Below are positions 1 through 11,973 of a DNA stretch of 64,000 bases, in pieces (position 1 is the first letter of the stretch; each line of letters starts with the position of its first letter). The position numbers and the translations under genes were made by a program. The stretch covers positions 620,001 to 684,000 of the forward strand of contig JAUFOQ010000006.1 of NCBI GenBank assembly GCA_040285855.1. The letters run 5' to 3'. A model generated the notes under the pieces. It was not told the DNA's origin. It did no database searches and worked only from the letters and a program-made list of their open reading frames with translations. The stretch comes from Eukaryota sp. GEM-RC1 (taxonomy: Eukaryota).

Positions 1-439
1 GGTCACTTGTAGACTTCACTTCACACAAATTTGTTCAATTTTTGTCTTCATAAAATTCCTCTCATTTGACGCTTTTGGCACTTCTTTTAGGTATACACAA
101 CGGTGACTCAATGTGATACGATTCACACTAAAACAAAAACTGTTCGATATACACCGTGGTGATGTCATCACAATGAATCTTTCTATTATTTTATGCAAGT
201 TTCAGCGCTTACTAAAGAAGAGTTTCAGAAATTATTTCAAAATCTGTGTTCAGAATTTGGTATGAAGTTTAAACAGGTCTTGTATGACGATAGTTTTATT
301 TTTTTTGGCCTTTTAAGCGAATGCATAGATAAGTATATTTTCTTTTTGGTCAATGATAACTACAAATGGTGTAACTGCCCTTGATATAGGTGCTTTTCGC
401 AAATTGTGGATAATACTTACTTAGGAATTCTAATGAAAT

Positions 440-575
440 AGCAAGTTTCACTCCAACTCGACTTACTCGTAGAATTTTGACAGAACTCCAACTCGACTCC
501 AACTCGTAGAAATTTGGAGTGAAGTGGAGTTTGGAGTCTTGGAGTAGAACTCGAGTGGAGTTTTGCCCATCCCTA
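440..575. mobile_element. Partial MITE end with CTCCAACTCGA/GGAGT sub-terminal repeats and a hAT-like terminus (...CCCATCCCTA)
   Basis: Direct and inverted ACTCCAACTCG motifs; the end resembles the CAGGGATGGG TIR of the element at 29195. The partner TIR was not found. Confidence 0.4.
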
Positions 576-1870
576 GTTATTTTGATCTTTGGCTTGATCA
601 TCGTTTTCTCTCATTCTCCCCGTGTTCATGGTTAATTGGTCTGCAAGATCAGATTGAGAACCTTGTTGGTGATATCTGGGCGTCTCTTTTCCCCATATCT
701 GTTACTGAGATCCATCAAAGAAGTTTGTTCTCCTTACCACTATATGTCCGTAAATTGCAGAAGCAATTTATTAACTATCAGTTTGTTCATTTAAGATCAA
801 TTATTCACAACAGTTTACGTGATCAATGTTTAGAATTGTTTACGAGCAATGATTTTCATGGGAAAATCGAACCATTTTTAAAAACCTTGTCTGACTCAAT
901 TATGAGAGATAAGACCAGAGGTGATTTGATTGGTCCTTGGTTGTCCTGTCAAGAAATACTTATGGACTTTCCTACGGTTGATCCTTGTAACTCAACTTCT
1001 GTTAACAAAATTTTAGACGAAAACTATTCAGCTCTTGACAGTGCTGAAAGGAAAAATTTAAATCGTTATGGCGAATCAATTTCCAAGATGAAATCTCGCC
1101 GACACAATCCTTTTGTTTTCCATCCTTTTGCTATTTTTCTTTATGGAACGTTTGGTTGCTTCGATCAACAATTTCTCACAGATTTTGGCAAATTGTGTAA
1201 ACAGTATGGAAAGAAAAGGGGATGGTGACTTCTATATCTAGCGCTTTATTATCTCTTGGCAGACACTATGAGGATAAGGTAGGTGAGAATTTCCAGATAG
1301 GCAATCTGGACTTTGAACTTAAACTTCAGTTTAGATCGATTTAACACAATGCTGTTCGTGATGTTACGTATGAAATGTTTAAATTTCATGGGTTTAATGG
1401 GAAAATCGAACCTCTTCTTAAGCATTATAGTGATGATAATATTACCAATTCTTGACAAGGTGATCTCATTGTTCCATATCTTGATTCTTGTGAACCAGTG
1501 ATAGATTTTACTACTGTTGATCCATGTGCAAAAGTATGTTTGAATTCAGTTTCAAGTGACACTGAAAAACATTTATCCAAAGCTGAAAAAAGAAAGATTA
1601 GTACATATTCTGACACAATGAACAAACTGAATTCCAATTTGTATTCTTCTTTTAAGTTCATTCCTTTTGCTATTTCAATTCTTGGAAATACGTATTGGAA
1701 TTGCTGCTGAAAATTTCTTTGATGCCTTTTTACAGTTGTGCCGTAACCGTAGGTAAAATATGAATCAGTCTCTTTGGCGCAATCGCATTGTTTTTTCCTT
1801 ATATAGAAGTTTTCCAAGGTATTTGAATCGTATTCTAAACAAATTGTATCGTGGTAGTTCAAGATTAGAT
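563..1870 (+). pseudogene. Two degenerate C-terminal fragments of a non-LTR retrotransposon with a restriction-like endonuclease (CRE/SLACS-like)
   Basis: Motifs RGDLI...MDFPTVDP...AERK..RY...FHPFAI..YG in ORF 563-1228; a second copy IDFTTVDP...AEKRKISTY...FIPFAISILG at 1498-1710, continuing RIVFSLYRSF. Confidence 0.65.
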
Positions 1871-1937
1871 GTGTATCATTTAATAATTTTTAAGTACTAG
1901 TTGTTTGTATTTCGGTAATTTACTAGTATATCTGTAC

Positions 1938-2562
1938 CATGGAACGCAAATGTTCCGTACCGGAGCGATTTTCGGCGTACCGTACCGTACCGTACGTACG
2001 GACGTACGGTACGTGTACCGGTACTGTACTTTTGATCGACTAAAATACATTATTACTATTTTGAGCATGATGATCCAATATGAGATTTTAACAGTTACCA
2101 TCGTCATGTATTCAACTGTTAGACATGGCTCAAGATATCAAGATCCCGATTGTTACACTCAGTCGAATTTGGGGTACATCATTGATGGTCACAACTTTCC
2201 CAAAATGACATTAGTTCACACGAAACTCATGAATCACATAAAATCAACAACAATATCATCTTCAACTTACAATGCAATAAACGAGTGAGTACTACGAAAT
2301 ATACCATAACAAAGAGCCCAAAAACCCAAAAATTGTATGTCTAAACTATTAGAATGCACAGAAGCCAATTGCAATAGTACTATGTTTGACGATGGAATAA
2401 ACTTCCACTCCAAAATTTGTATTGGTAAATCATTTTAGGTCATTCATAAATAGGCTTCAAATAAAATCAAATCACATCGGTACGGATAAACAAAATCGGT
2501 ACGTACCGATCCGTACCGTACGTACCGTACGTACGGTACGTACCACAGATTTGCGCACATTG
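1938..2562. mobile_element. Non-autonomous hAT-type element with GTAC/CGTAC sub-terminal repeats
   Basis: Imperfect TIRs (CATGGAACGCAAAT / ATTTGCGCACATTG); 8-bp TSD atctgtac/ttctgtac (7/8); CGTAC arrays at ~1975-2025 and ~2496-2544. Confidence 0.65.
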
Positions 2563-3272
2563 TTCTGTACTATTATTGTAAACTGTTTATTAAAAGTTTT
2601 TTACAATAGTTCTTTTTTTTGCGAACACGAAATAATTTACTGCCCTGAGACATACCTATATTGCTTTTCTTCGTTGATCATTTAACTTTCTTAAGTATAA
2701 AGCAGGATTCAAAAATAATCCTCCTCCCAGTAGCTGTACAAAGATTGGTACTTCATTCTCTGTTCAAATTAGTCATCAAACACATATTTGAGTGATTTAC
2801 ATCGTCGGAAAAAAAGAAACAAATATGGCTTTCTAACACCAATTAGTGTGTTAAGGAATAACTAAAACTGGTCTAAATTTATCATTTACATGAATTATAT
2901 AGACGATTTGACTTATATTACAATCACAATTGAATCACAAGTATGGTTAATACTATCATTATATCCAGGCTCTATAATATTGGATTGCAATATTGTGGTA
3001 TTGGGGTTTGTCCATCCAATCAATTGCCAATTCAATAAATTTTTTCCAAAGTCCTGCTTATATCGATGGTAGACTTCACACTCATAACTACTGTGCTCAT
3101 GATTTCGTAAACAGTAATCACATCTTCAATCTTCTCTTACACATATGTACACGCAAATACACTCCAGCTTCACCGTGACGATTTATATATCTGGAAAAAT
3201 TTCAACTTTGGACAAAACTTCCATGATACAAGATTAAAAATACACAGAAAAATACAATAAATTACAAATTAA

Positions 3273-4793
3273 CTACGAATCATAACGGACAAGTCTTCTT
3301 GGCCTGTACTTTGCCGATCTCAAACTCCGCTCCAAAGATTCAGGATGAAAGGAATATTTCAAAGATTGAGAACGATTTAAAGATTGATTATCTTCCACTT
3401 TCACAGGGACAGAAAACGTCATCCAAGACGATTCCATTGAATTTTTGATTGATGACGTATTTTTGATTGATGACGTGAAAGGTGATGATTCATTGTTTTT
3501 CTCCGCCTTACAGAGTTCCTTAGAATACCACGAGTTTGTTTGTTGTAGCATCTGTTTGCCTTCTTCCAAAGTGTCGACTTTAGAACACAATTTCAAAATG
3601 TGGGATTCCCTCTCAGAATTTTTCGATTGTTCATTCAACAACATTTCTTCCAACTTTTTAATTTTCTCCTCACTCTCATTAACCTTCTTTTCAAGCTTTA
3701 CAACTTTCAACTGTGCTTCTTTGCTTACAGTTCCAACTCTATTAGCTTCATCTCTGGACTGTGTTAGGTTAAGATTTCCTTGTTTAATTGTGTCTTTGAA
3801 TTCAAGATTTTCTAGTTCCAAATTGGAAATCTGCCGTAGCAAGTTTTTCTTTTGTTCTGAAAAAGACGATAAGGATTCTTGACAGCTAGTCAAGTTATCT
3901 TCAACTTCTTTTAACCTGGATTTAACACAAGTTAAATCAGACTGAAGAGATTCTGCCTTACTACTTAATTGGGCATTCAAAGCCTGTTGATCAGCCAGTT
4001 TTGAGGATAAAGAAACGTTTTCAGAGCGAAGGTCGACAACACGTGTTTCAGATTCTGATTGTTGACGTGAGAGATTGGAAATTTGATCCTTTAATTCTTG
4101 GATGGTATCGTTATTTCGTTGATTAGATGAGCTCAGCTCAGTTTCCAACCTAGTAACCTCTGATTGAAGATCACGTGAATGACTTTCCTTTTCCAACAAC
4201 TGAGTAGAGCTCTGTTGGCAAAAAGTCTCATACTCTGATTGAAGTCTGGAGAGTTCTTCTTCAAAAGAGCTCACAGTTGATTCAAAGTGATTGCTGCTAC
4301 TTTCAAATTCTTGTTGGAGTTTATGCAGTTGATTTCGATAACTTGAAACCTCTCCAATAGTACAGGCTAGTTTACTGGCTAAGAATTCCGCCAAAACAGA
4401 ATCGCTGGCACGTTTCAAGTTTAGTGACAGCTCAACATTCCGAGAGTATCTGGATTGACTCATAAAGTCAAATCTACAAGGAGATCCTAGATATATTTCA
4501 ACATAAGTTGATGATTGTTCTTCTTGACAATCTGCTAGAAGACAGCTAATCTTATCTGCGAGATCAGCAAAGTCAAAGTCTAACCGTTGGTTTTTTCGGA
4601 GAAGCGCGAAAGATGGGAAATCGAGGTCACAATAATACAAGAACATGGGATCAACATAAGGATCTTTAGCTACATAGAAACGGAGGAGAGAGGGTTTAAG
4701 TAAAACAAGATGGATGATGAGAGGACTGTCAGCAAGCAGAAGATTGGCTGAGGACTTGACAGTTACGTGGTGTTGGAGTAGTACCGTTTGCAT
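3273..4793 (-). CDS. SAS6: Spindle assembly abnormal protein 6 (centriole cartwheel protein)
   Basis: N-terminal head motif DPMFLY...F..L...Q.L..DF..L...I..LL..C and LSL.L.RASD..LA.FLA, followed by a ~300-aa coiled coil; intact 506-aa ORF. Confidence 0.8.
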   Translation of the reverse strand: MQTVLLQHHVTVKSSANLLLADSPLIIHLVLLKPSLLRFYVAKDPYVDPMFLYYCDLDFPSFALLRKNQRLDFDFADLADKISCLLADCQEEQSSTYVEIYLGSPCRFDFMSQSRYSRNVELSLNLKRASDSVLAEFLASKLACTIGEVSSYRNQLHKLQQEFESSSNHFESTVSSFEEELSRLQSEYETFCQQSSTQLLEKESHSRDLQSEVTRLETELSSSNQRNNDTIQELKDQISNLSRQQSESETRVVDLRSENVSLSSKLADQQALNAQLSSKAESLQSDLTCVKSRLKEVEDNLTSCQESLSSFSEQKKNLLRQISNLELENLEFKDTIKQGNLNLTQSRDEANRVGTVSKEAQLKVVKLEKKVNESEEKIKKLEEMLLNEQSKNSERESHILKLCSKVDTLEEGKQMLQQTNSWYSKELCKAEKNNESSPFTSSIKNTSSIKNSMESSWMTFSVPVKVEDNQSLNRSQSLKYSFHPESLERSLRSAKYRPRRLVRYDS

Positions 4794-5569
4794 ACAATAT
4801 GTTCTAATTTAGGATTTGGCAAGATGATTAGTTCTTCTAGTTGGAGGGATTGTCTCGTTTCTATATTTCGTTCAGTGGTTCAGTATTTCGACGGAATTTT
4901 GAAGAAACTCTTTGAGGTTCAAGACCATGTCATAGAATAGTATTGTTAATTTTGTTTACGTCTTTAGATTTTATGTATCTTTATGAGATAAAAGATTTGT
5001 TAATAAATATACACTGTCCAGAGTTTTCTGAAAAAATATATACTGGCAGAGTGAGAATTATTACTGTTTTTGACGAATGCTTGTAGATATACGTGTATTA
5101 CGAAAACGAATGATTCACCATACTTGTCAGTTCTATCACCACCACTAAGACTATACATTCACCTAAAACGATTGCAGAACAGTTTTTTACTGTTGCTTGT
5201 ATTAATGTTTGTACAATTCCTGGACAGGAGAGCAAAATAGCAGCAAATACCAACCGATCTTATCATGATTTAGACGTTAGTAACAACCCAGACTAAGTGG
5301 TTTAGCGGAACGGTATTTGAAACACTGTATCCTACATGTAAGTGTTGTTATCCTATATTTTTTCCAAGATAGACTTGGCAATAAAATGCTTCGAAAAACT
5401 TTCCACCAAATAATATTACAAGTATTGCAATTCATTCAGGGAGTACTCACAATTCTCTACTTCAGTGACTCGGAAGTAATCGAATAGACGACTACTGTTA
5501 CTATTAGAGGGACAAAACAATAAACTCAAATCGAATGACAGCAACACTATTACTAATACCAGTAATGCG

Positions 5570-6580
5570 AAGAAATTAATTTAAATTAAATTATTAATGC
5601 TTGACACCCTCAAGTTGACCTACAATTAATTAATTTTAATTCTCCAGTCGCACAATTGATTAATTACAATTAATTACAATTAATTCCATAGTAGCTTTTC
5701 ATCTGTTGTCAATTGTACTGAATTCTGTACCGTTGTCTCATGAGAGTTCTGGGTCACAATTGATTTGGAGTACATCAAAGTATCAAAAATAAGTGTTCTA
5801 GAGATGAAACAGATGCTTCGTTAGAGACCTCAAAGATTCTCTTGGTTGCCCTATGATATTACCATTATAATGAACCATTCGTCCATTCTATTGCCCAGTT
5901 ATGGAGTTTTTGCGTTTTGAATCTCAGATACTAAGCATTTTTTGACGATAACGTGTGATTGCTGATCTTTAGCAGTCTATGGTTGAATGTTTCCACTATC
6001 AAACTATGTATTTGTAAGGTTCTCATATGCACAAGTTGACCAGGGTCCGACACATGTAAACATGAACAATGCCTTCTTGTTGAACATTGGGGAAGATGGC
6101 ATAGTGCGGCTGACAAGAAATTAATAATAATTATCAATTATAAAATTAATTCTACTAATTAGTGTTAATTAATTTTAATTCTAAGGTGAAACAATTAATT
6201 AATTATAATTCTAAGCGGCTAGAATCAGTGAACGCTAACACGTTACAAAATTGAAGCCAACACGTGTTAACACGCCTGTTACGTGTTTGCTTTACAAGAA
6301 TTTTGTGTGTCTTCTTGCTCAACGATAAATAGCTGATTTCTTCAACACATTCATCCCTACGATACTCTACATCCCAGTAGGGGACTTTTAGAACTGCGTC
6401 CTTCCTTCTTTTAGCAACAAAAGACATTTTCACATCATATAGACCGAAAATCATAACCGATATTTGCGTGTTAGAAATCAGCGAAAATTCTTAACACGCG
6501 TGTTACGTGTCAGGCCGTGTTACGTGTTAACATTCACTGGCTAGAATTAATTAATTCTCAGAGAATTAATTCAATTAAGT
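5570..6580. mobile_element. Degenerate DNA transposon relic with AATTAATT-rich ends and a transposase-like fragment (CLHVSDP)
   Basis: TTAATTAA-rich blocks at 5570-5690 and 6120-6580; the HVSDP motif is shared with the internal relic of the 6805 element. Confidence 0.35.
6226..6539. mobile_element. hAT-type MITE (314 bp)
   Basis: TIR CAGTGAA(C/T)G(C/T)TAACACG; perfect 8-bp TSD GCTAGAAT (6218-6225, 6540-6547); ACACGT sub-terminal repeats. Confidence 0.9.
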
Positions 6581-6804
6581 TTTTTTAAAAAGGTATAGTT
6601 TTATTATAAATGTAATACAGTATATCAAACAACTAAAATTTGATATCATTAAAACAACACCCTTCGCTATCAAACCTTACAACAGCTTTGTCCTCATAAA
6701 AGGAACTCACTGCTAATAAAGCTTTGGAGATGATTAGGGGAACTGTTTTAAAAACAGTAAAAACGATCCGATTCAACCATAGCATATGATCAAAACGTTT
6801 GTTC

Positions 6805-7516
6805 CAGTGATGTACAAAAAATAGCGTACCGTACACTATTTGCCGTACACTACCGTAAAATACGGTACGGCACTATACTCGGTATCCGTAAAATACGGTA
6901 AATGTAAAAATACGGAAATTATTTACGGTAAATGTTTCCGTAGTGAGAATATAAAATACTCTTTTTTCATGCCCCGTAAATCGAAACATCAGAGCATTCT
7001 TGATCATGTTGATCAGTTCTGTAACAACTGCGCCATTCTATGTCGCCCTAGTACTTGAAAGAAGAGAATTGACTGGGTCGGATACATGACAAGAGCTGAA
7101 TTTCTTAAAAGCTGGTACAACCTTATTGTTTTTATTAATCAAATGTGAAAATCCTGCTAAGACAACTTGAAAAACCGTATTATGTTGATCATCGTCATCG
7201 TTTGAAGTGAAGACTTTTAAGACGTCAACATTTTCTTCTCTACATAGAAACTGCTGGACACTGTTGAAACGGTTCTGCATGCAAGTCATTCAGGGAATAT
7301 TAACATACCGATTCTGATTAGTGATGGATCACGGTTTTGATCTTTCTTTGCTCTTAGTTTTTGTAGTTTCAATTATAAAAATATTTTTCCGTATTTCGCG
7401 TATTCTCACTTCGTTTCAAACTTGCCGTAAATACGGAAACTGTAAAAATACGGAAATAATTTACGGCAAACTTACAAAGGTACCGTATTTACGGCTACTA
7501 TTTTTGTACATCACTG
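6805..7516. mobile_element. hAT-type non-autonomous element (712 bp)
   Basis: TIR CAGTGATGTACAAAAA; perfect 8-bp TSD GTTTGTTC (6797-6804, 7517-7524); CCGTAAA(A)TACGG repeats; the empty site is seen in a related repeat at ~9985-10030. Confidence 0.92.
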
Positions 7517-7587
7517 GTTTGTTCATCCTATTCAATTACTGTAATTATAATTAAATTAATTTTTTCGCATCACTGACTAATACTCTC

Positions 7588-9519
7588 ATGAATATTCGTT
7601 TACAATCGTCTTTGCTGGTTTTATCCCATACTCATCTGCTTCGGCATCTGCTGAAGTCTTCTCTGGTAGTTCATTGTGGCGATTCAAGTCAATTCCTGGT
7701 TGATCTATTGTGCAAACTTCCAACCTTCATCCTAACCGTCGGTCATGTCAGTCAACGCTTCTTAGACTCGGCAGTCCTGGCTGTTAGATGTTTCTTCAAT
7801 TCAACCACAGTCCCACTAGATCCTGAGCACTTCCCCCTACTCACTTCCTTAATTTCCTTCTTCGGAGCCAAACTGACCTCTGTCCACTTAAACGTCGGCC
7901 ATCCCTTTCATCTTCCAATGCTCCACAACTACACCTCCTTCATTTCAGAGTTAGGACTCAGTTGGTATTATGGAGGATTTCTTAATGAATTCCACTGTCT
8001 TTCCCCCTCTTCTTCTCTCTTTTTTTCAGGACTGAAGAGGTTAACTGTCACTGACATCCTTGATTGCGTGGCTTTTAGTGACGTGTGTAAGTCTCTCATG
8101 ATAAATTCCACCATTGAAGAGTTGAATCTTGCTTTTGACCAGTTGTCAACCTTTAATTCCCCCTGCTCTTAAACAAATGTTGACAACAAGCAAATCTTTA
8201 AAGAAAGTTTCGTTGGCTAACAAAGGTGTTTCATTTGAGGATGAGTGTTTGCGAATGGTTTTTAATACACAGTTGAGCCCATCGATTAAAATATTTGATT
8301 TATTTAATTTTTCAGTCCAGGATTCCACTGTAATCGTACCACTTTTAAAAGATTCGTGTGTTAAAAGATTGGTGTTTCCACGTGTACATTTTGTTGATTC
8401 CAAAGTATTCCAATCACTTAAAAACAATGAGTTTCTCCAGGAAATTTGTATTCATAACACTAATTTCAACTCTGAAGATCTATGTGATGTTTTACAATTC
8501 AATACATGTTTGAAAAAACTCGAGTTAGTATCATGTTCTTCTTCTTTTCACCTGTTTTTAAATCTCTTGAATCGAATTCTTCTTTAGTAGAGCTCACGGT
8601 TGATCCCAAAGAACCTTTGGATGACGTGGAAGTTCAATCATTGGTAGAAATGTTGCAAGCTAATACCACCCTAGTTGACTTCAACCTTGCTGGGTCAGGG
8701 TTAAATATGTTACATTTTAAAAAAATTGTTAAAATGCTTGAACATAATACAGCACTAAGACAAGTACATTTTCCATCATTGAATTTGAGTTGTTTGATCT
8801 TTATTTTGAAATGTTATTCCACTAAAAATCCAAAGTTTTACATCGATTTTGCCCCGCATTTTATTGATTTAACTCATGGATTCATTTACTATTACAATAA
8901 GGTTGAAAGCTCTGATTTAGCTATTCTGTTAGAAGCTTTGCAATCAAACGTCCCAATCAATCGAATTGAGTGTCTGGGAGTGTTTAATCTTTCTCTTTCC
9001 GGACTTCTTGCTGCATTTGAAATACTTGCCTTTAACAAAACAGTGATTGATATTGATTGTTCTCCTCACGTCATTGATATTGATAATGGATTATTTTGTT
9101 ACTCTCCTTTGTGGTATGTAGTTTCTGTTGATGAATTATCTACTCTATCCACCTTTATTGAGACACATAGCATTAAGCAGTTGGTCCTGAAACATTGTCA
9201 TTTTACTGATGGATCGGTCTCCGTATTGTTTGATTTAATTTCAGTTAATAGCTCATTGACTTCTGTTGACTTCAGTTATTGTGGACTTTCGGATGATAAT
9301 ATTTTTGTCATTATTGCCGCACTTCAGTCTAATAATAGCTCAAATATCATGAAACTTAATCTCAGTAATAATTCTATTAGTTCTGCAGGAGCTAATGCTT
9401 TAACAGAAGTTTTGAAGAATTTTCCCAGAATTTCTGTTTTTAATCTGAGAGGTAATCCTATTGACAGTTCAACTCAACAATCAAGTGAGTTGGAGTTTGG
9501 AACTCGTATAACTTTTTGA
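7588..9519 (+). CDS. RI-like leucine-rich repeat protein (NLRC3-like LRR family), split by two frameshifts
   Basis: Three overlapping ORFs with LxxNxxLxxLxL repeats; N-terminus similar to the LRR gene at 46147-48306; shifts lie at C5 and T4 runs. Confidence 0.75.
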
Positions 9520-10098
9520 AATTTTTGTTCCTAATTTTGATATTTGGTAATTCCTTTTCGAATCTCAAAAATATTCGGTACAATAAATGTTTGGCTTCTG
9601 TTTTGAATACTGACAATGGTCCATTGATGGCTCTAAAACATGTAAAACAGGTTGAATATGGATTATGCCCTTATGAAGACAGTTTATTGATGGAGGGTAC
9701 AAACATACATATAATAATAAAAGCTATGAAACACTAGACACCGAAGATTCCTGGTCAACAGTACCACAGTTTTTCTACAACTTTGTGAAAATTGATTTAA
9801 AAAACTTAGGCACCGAACGGAACAAAGAAAAAATCAAACGGTTATGCCAAATTGATAAGTTAAATCTCTTATTTTGAGACTTACACATAGATCCAAAATC
9901 AGTTAAAGCCCTTATGATGTATCCATCTACGGTCGTTTAGGAAAAAGTGCATTTTTTTAAACGATTTCGGAAAAATCGTAAAAAATAGGATGAACAAACG
10001 TTTTGACCATATGTTATGGTTGAATCGTATCCTTTTACTGAGTTTGAGACAATTCCCCTAATCATCTCCAAAGCTTTACTAGCTGTGGGTTCCTATTA

Positions 10099-10314
10099 AA
10101 AATTTAATTTTATTCGGCACCCAATAAGGTAACCTTCCTACAAAACTATGAAATTGTAAAAACAAACAAAAAATACTAAAATTAAATCCAAACGACTTCA
10201 TCACCACCCGGTAAAAGATTACGTTTATCAACATTAACCTTCACACCAAACTTGTACAATTTCTCAATTAATCTAGAGAAATAGACATGCATATTCCGAT
10301 ATATGAATATATAT
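10099..10314 (-). mobile_element. 5'-truncated 3' end of a non-LTR retrotransposon
   Basis: 9-bp TSD TTCCTATTA (10090-10098, 10315-10323); encodes the C-terminal FIYRNM..YFSRLIEKL and ends ...GGTGCCGAATAAA; near-identical copy at ~16137-16332. Confidence 0.75.
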
Positions 10315-10628
10315 TTCCTATTATGAACATAGCGGTTGTCAGATTTGATAGGGACTGGTGTTGTTAATGATATCACATTTTAATTGTTTAGCCTATTACT
10401 TTTATAGACATTGGTTCTTTAAGAACCAATATTTTAAATTATGCAACACAATCATTATTTTTGATATCTATGAAATAAATATAGTTGTTAAAAGGAAAAC
10501 GCAAAAATGTATAATAACACATCAAAACACTTGAGTCCACGAGCTACAACAACAAAGACCACAAAAACCAATACTAAAAAGTTATTCAAAAGAAATTCTT
10601 ATACATGTATCAATTACATAACAATTGT

Positions 10629-11311
10629 TTAAGATGAGAGCTCGATTTTCTTTAAAATCTGTTCGTAATTGAATCGCTTCAATTCTTCCCACAGAGTTTT
10701 TGCTGAGGTAGATAGCCAAGAATGCTTAATAAAGAACTCCAAATTACCTTGCTGCCATGACGATTCAGAAACATCTTTCTTAAAAACAGAGCTAATCTCT
10801 TTTCTTAAGCATTCACTTAAATGTTCAAAGTGTTTTGATGCTAAATGCGAGACATCTGCGTCCCTAATAATACACTGCATATGTTTTAATAAAGGATCTT
10901 GTGTATCGTCTACATTGTACTTCAGATTAGTGGCAAGAATCGTATTAGAAACTAAATAGGTATCCGTAGGAGAAAAACCTACATCAGTCATGGCATCAGC
11001 TGCCGCTTTTGCACCAATAGGTTCGTTATCTGTGTATTGTTCTGTGTAACCAACATCATGAAAAGAGCAGCAATTCTAAGAAGCAGGATATTGTGATCAG
11101 AGAGATTCTCGAGATGAGCAAGTCGATCGGTCCAAGGCAAGACCCAAGCTAGAGTATGATGTGTATTATGATAAGTAAGATGTCGAGGAAGTGAAGCAAG
11201 AAGTTCTGAAATGGTTTCAAACATAACATCAAAAGCACTGATGTAGTGTTCGCTAACCTTGAGAGGTGATAAGGCTACCGTTGGGGGGATTGGGTGAGTT
11301 TCATTGAACAT
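10629..11311 (-). CDS. HD-superfamily metal-dependent phosphohydrolase (one frameshift)
   Basis: LTYHNTHHT; adding one T to a T4 run restores AALFHDVGY...NE; then IIRDADVSHL. Confidence 0.8.
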
Positions 11312-11340
11312 GAAAACAAAACAAGTGAGCAGGCAAAAAT

Positions 11341-11414
11341 TGCTCTGTACAGGGGTCGAACCTGTGACCTTGGCGTTATTAGCACCACGCTCTAACCAAC
11401 TGAGCTAACAGAGC
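11341..11414 (-). tRNA. tRNA-Ile (AAT)
   Basis: Full cloverleaf GCTCTGT..GCTC/GAGC..TGGTG-CTAATAA-CGCCA..ACAGG-TTCGACC-CCTGT-ACAGAGC-A, followed by a T5 Pol III terminator. Confidence 0.97.
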
Positions 11415-11973
11415 AGATACCGGTACCGGTAACGCAATCGGTACGGTACCAAGAATGTTATGGTACCTGTAACTTTATCGGTTTGGTGTTGCAGTTTCTC
11501 AGCATTATCGGATATTTGCAAAACTCTTAAAGGGAACATTGAATTCAGTCAGCACGTATAAATCTGTTGTCACAAAATACTATAGCGTGGTTACTAACGC
11601 AACATAAACCATATTTTTTCCGAAATTTATCGCTTGGTACTTATTGCTCTATCGTGCCAGTAAATGGAAAGGTGTGTTATTTAATTACAACAGCAATCAT
11701 TAATTTTTATAAGCAAGTATTAATTTTTTCGTGTGAAGGTACAATGATAAAGTTAGTGCGAATAGAAAATCAGACTAAGAAAAATAGTTCCTGTGAGGAG
11801 AAATTTCTTACTCAAAGTATCAACACATACTAGTAGTAGTACTAGTAGGAGGAGCAATGAAACACACAGTGTAATAAATGTATTGAGAATACCAGTGTAC
11901 AGTGAACAAAAAGTTCCCTAAATTAAAACCTCAAATAATTGAAGCTCTTCAATCCCCACCCCCGAAACTTACA

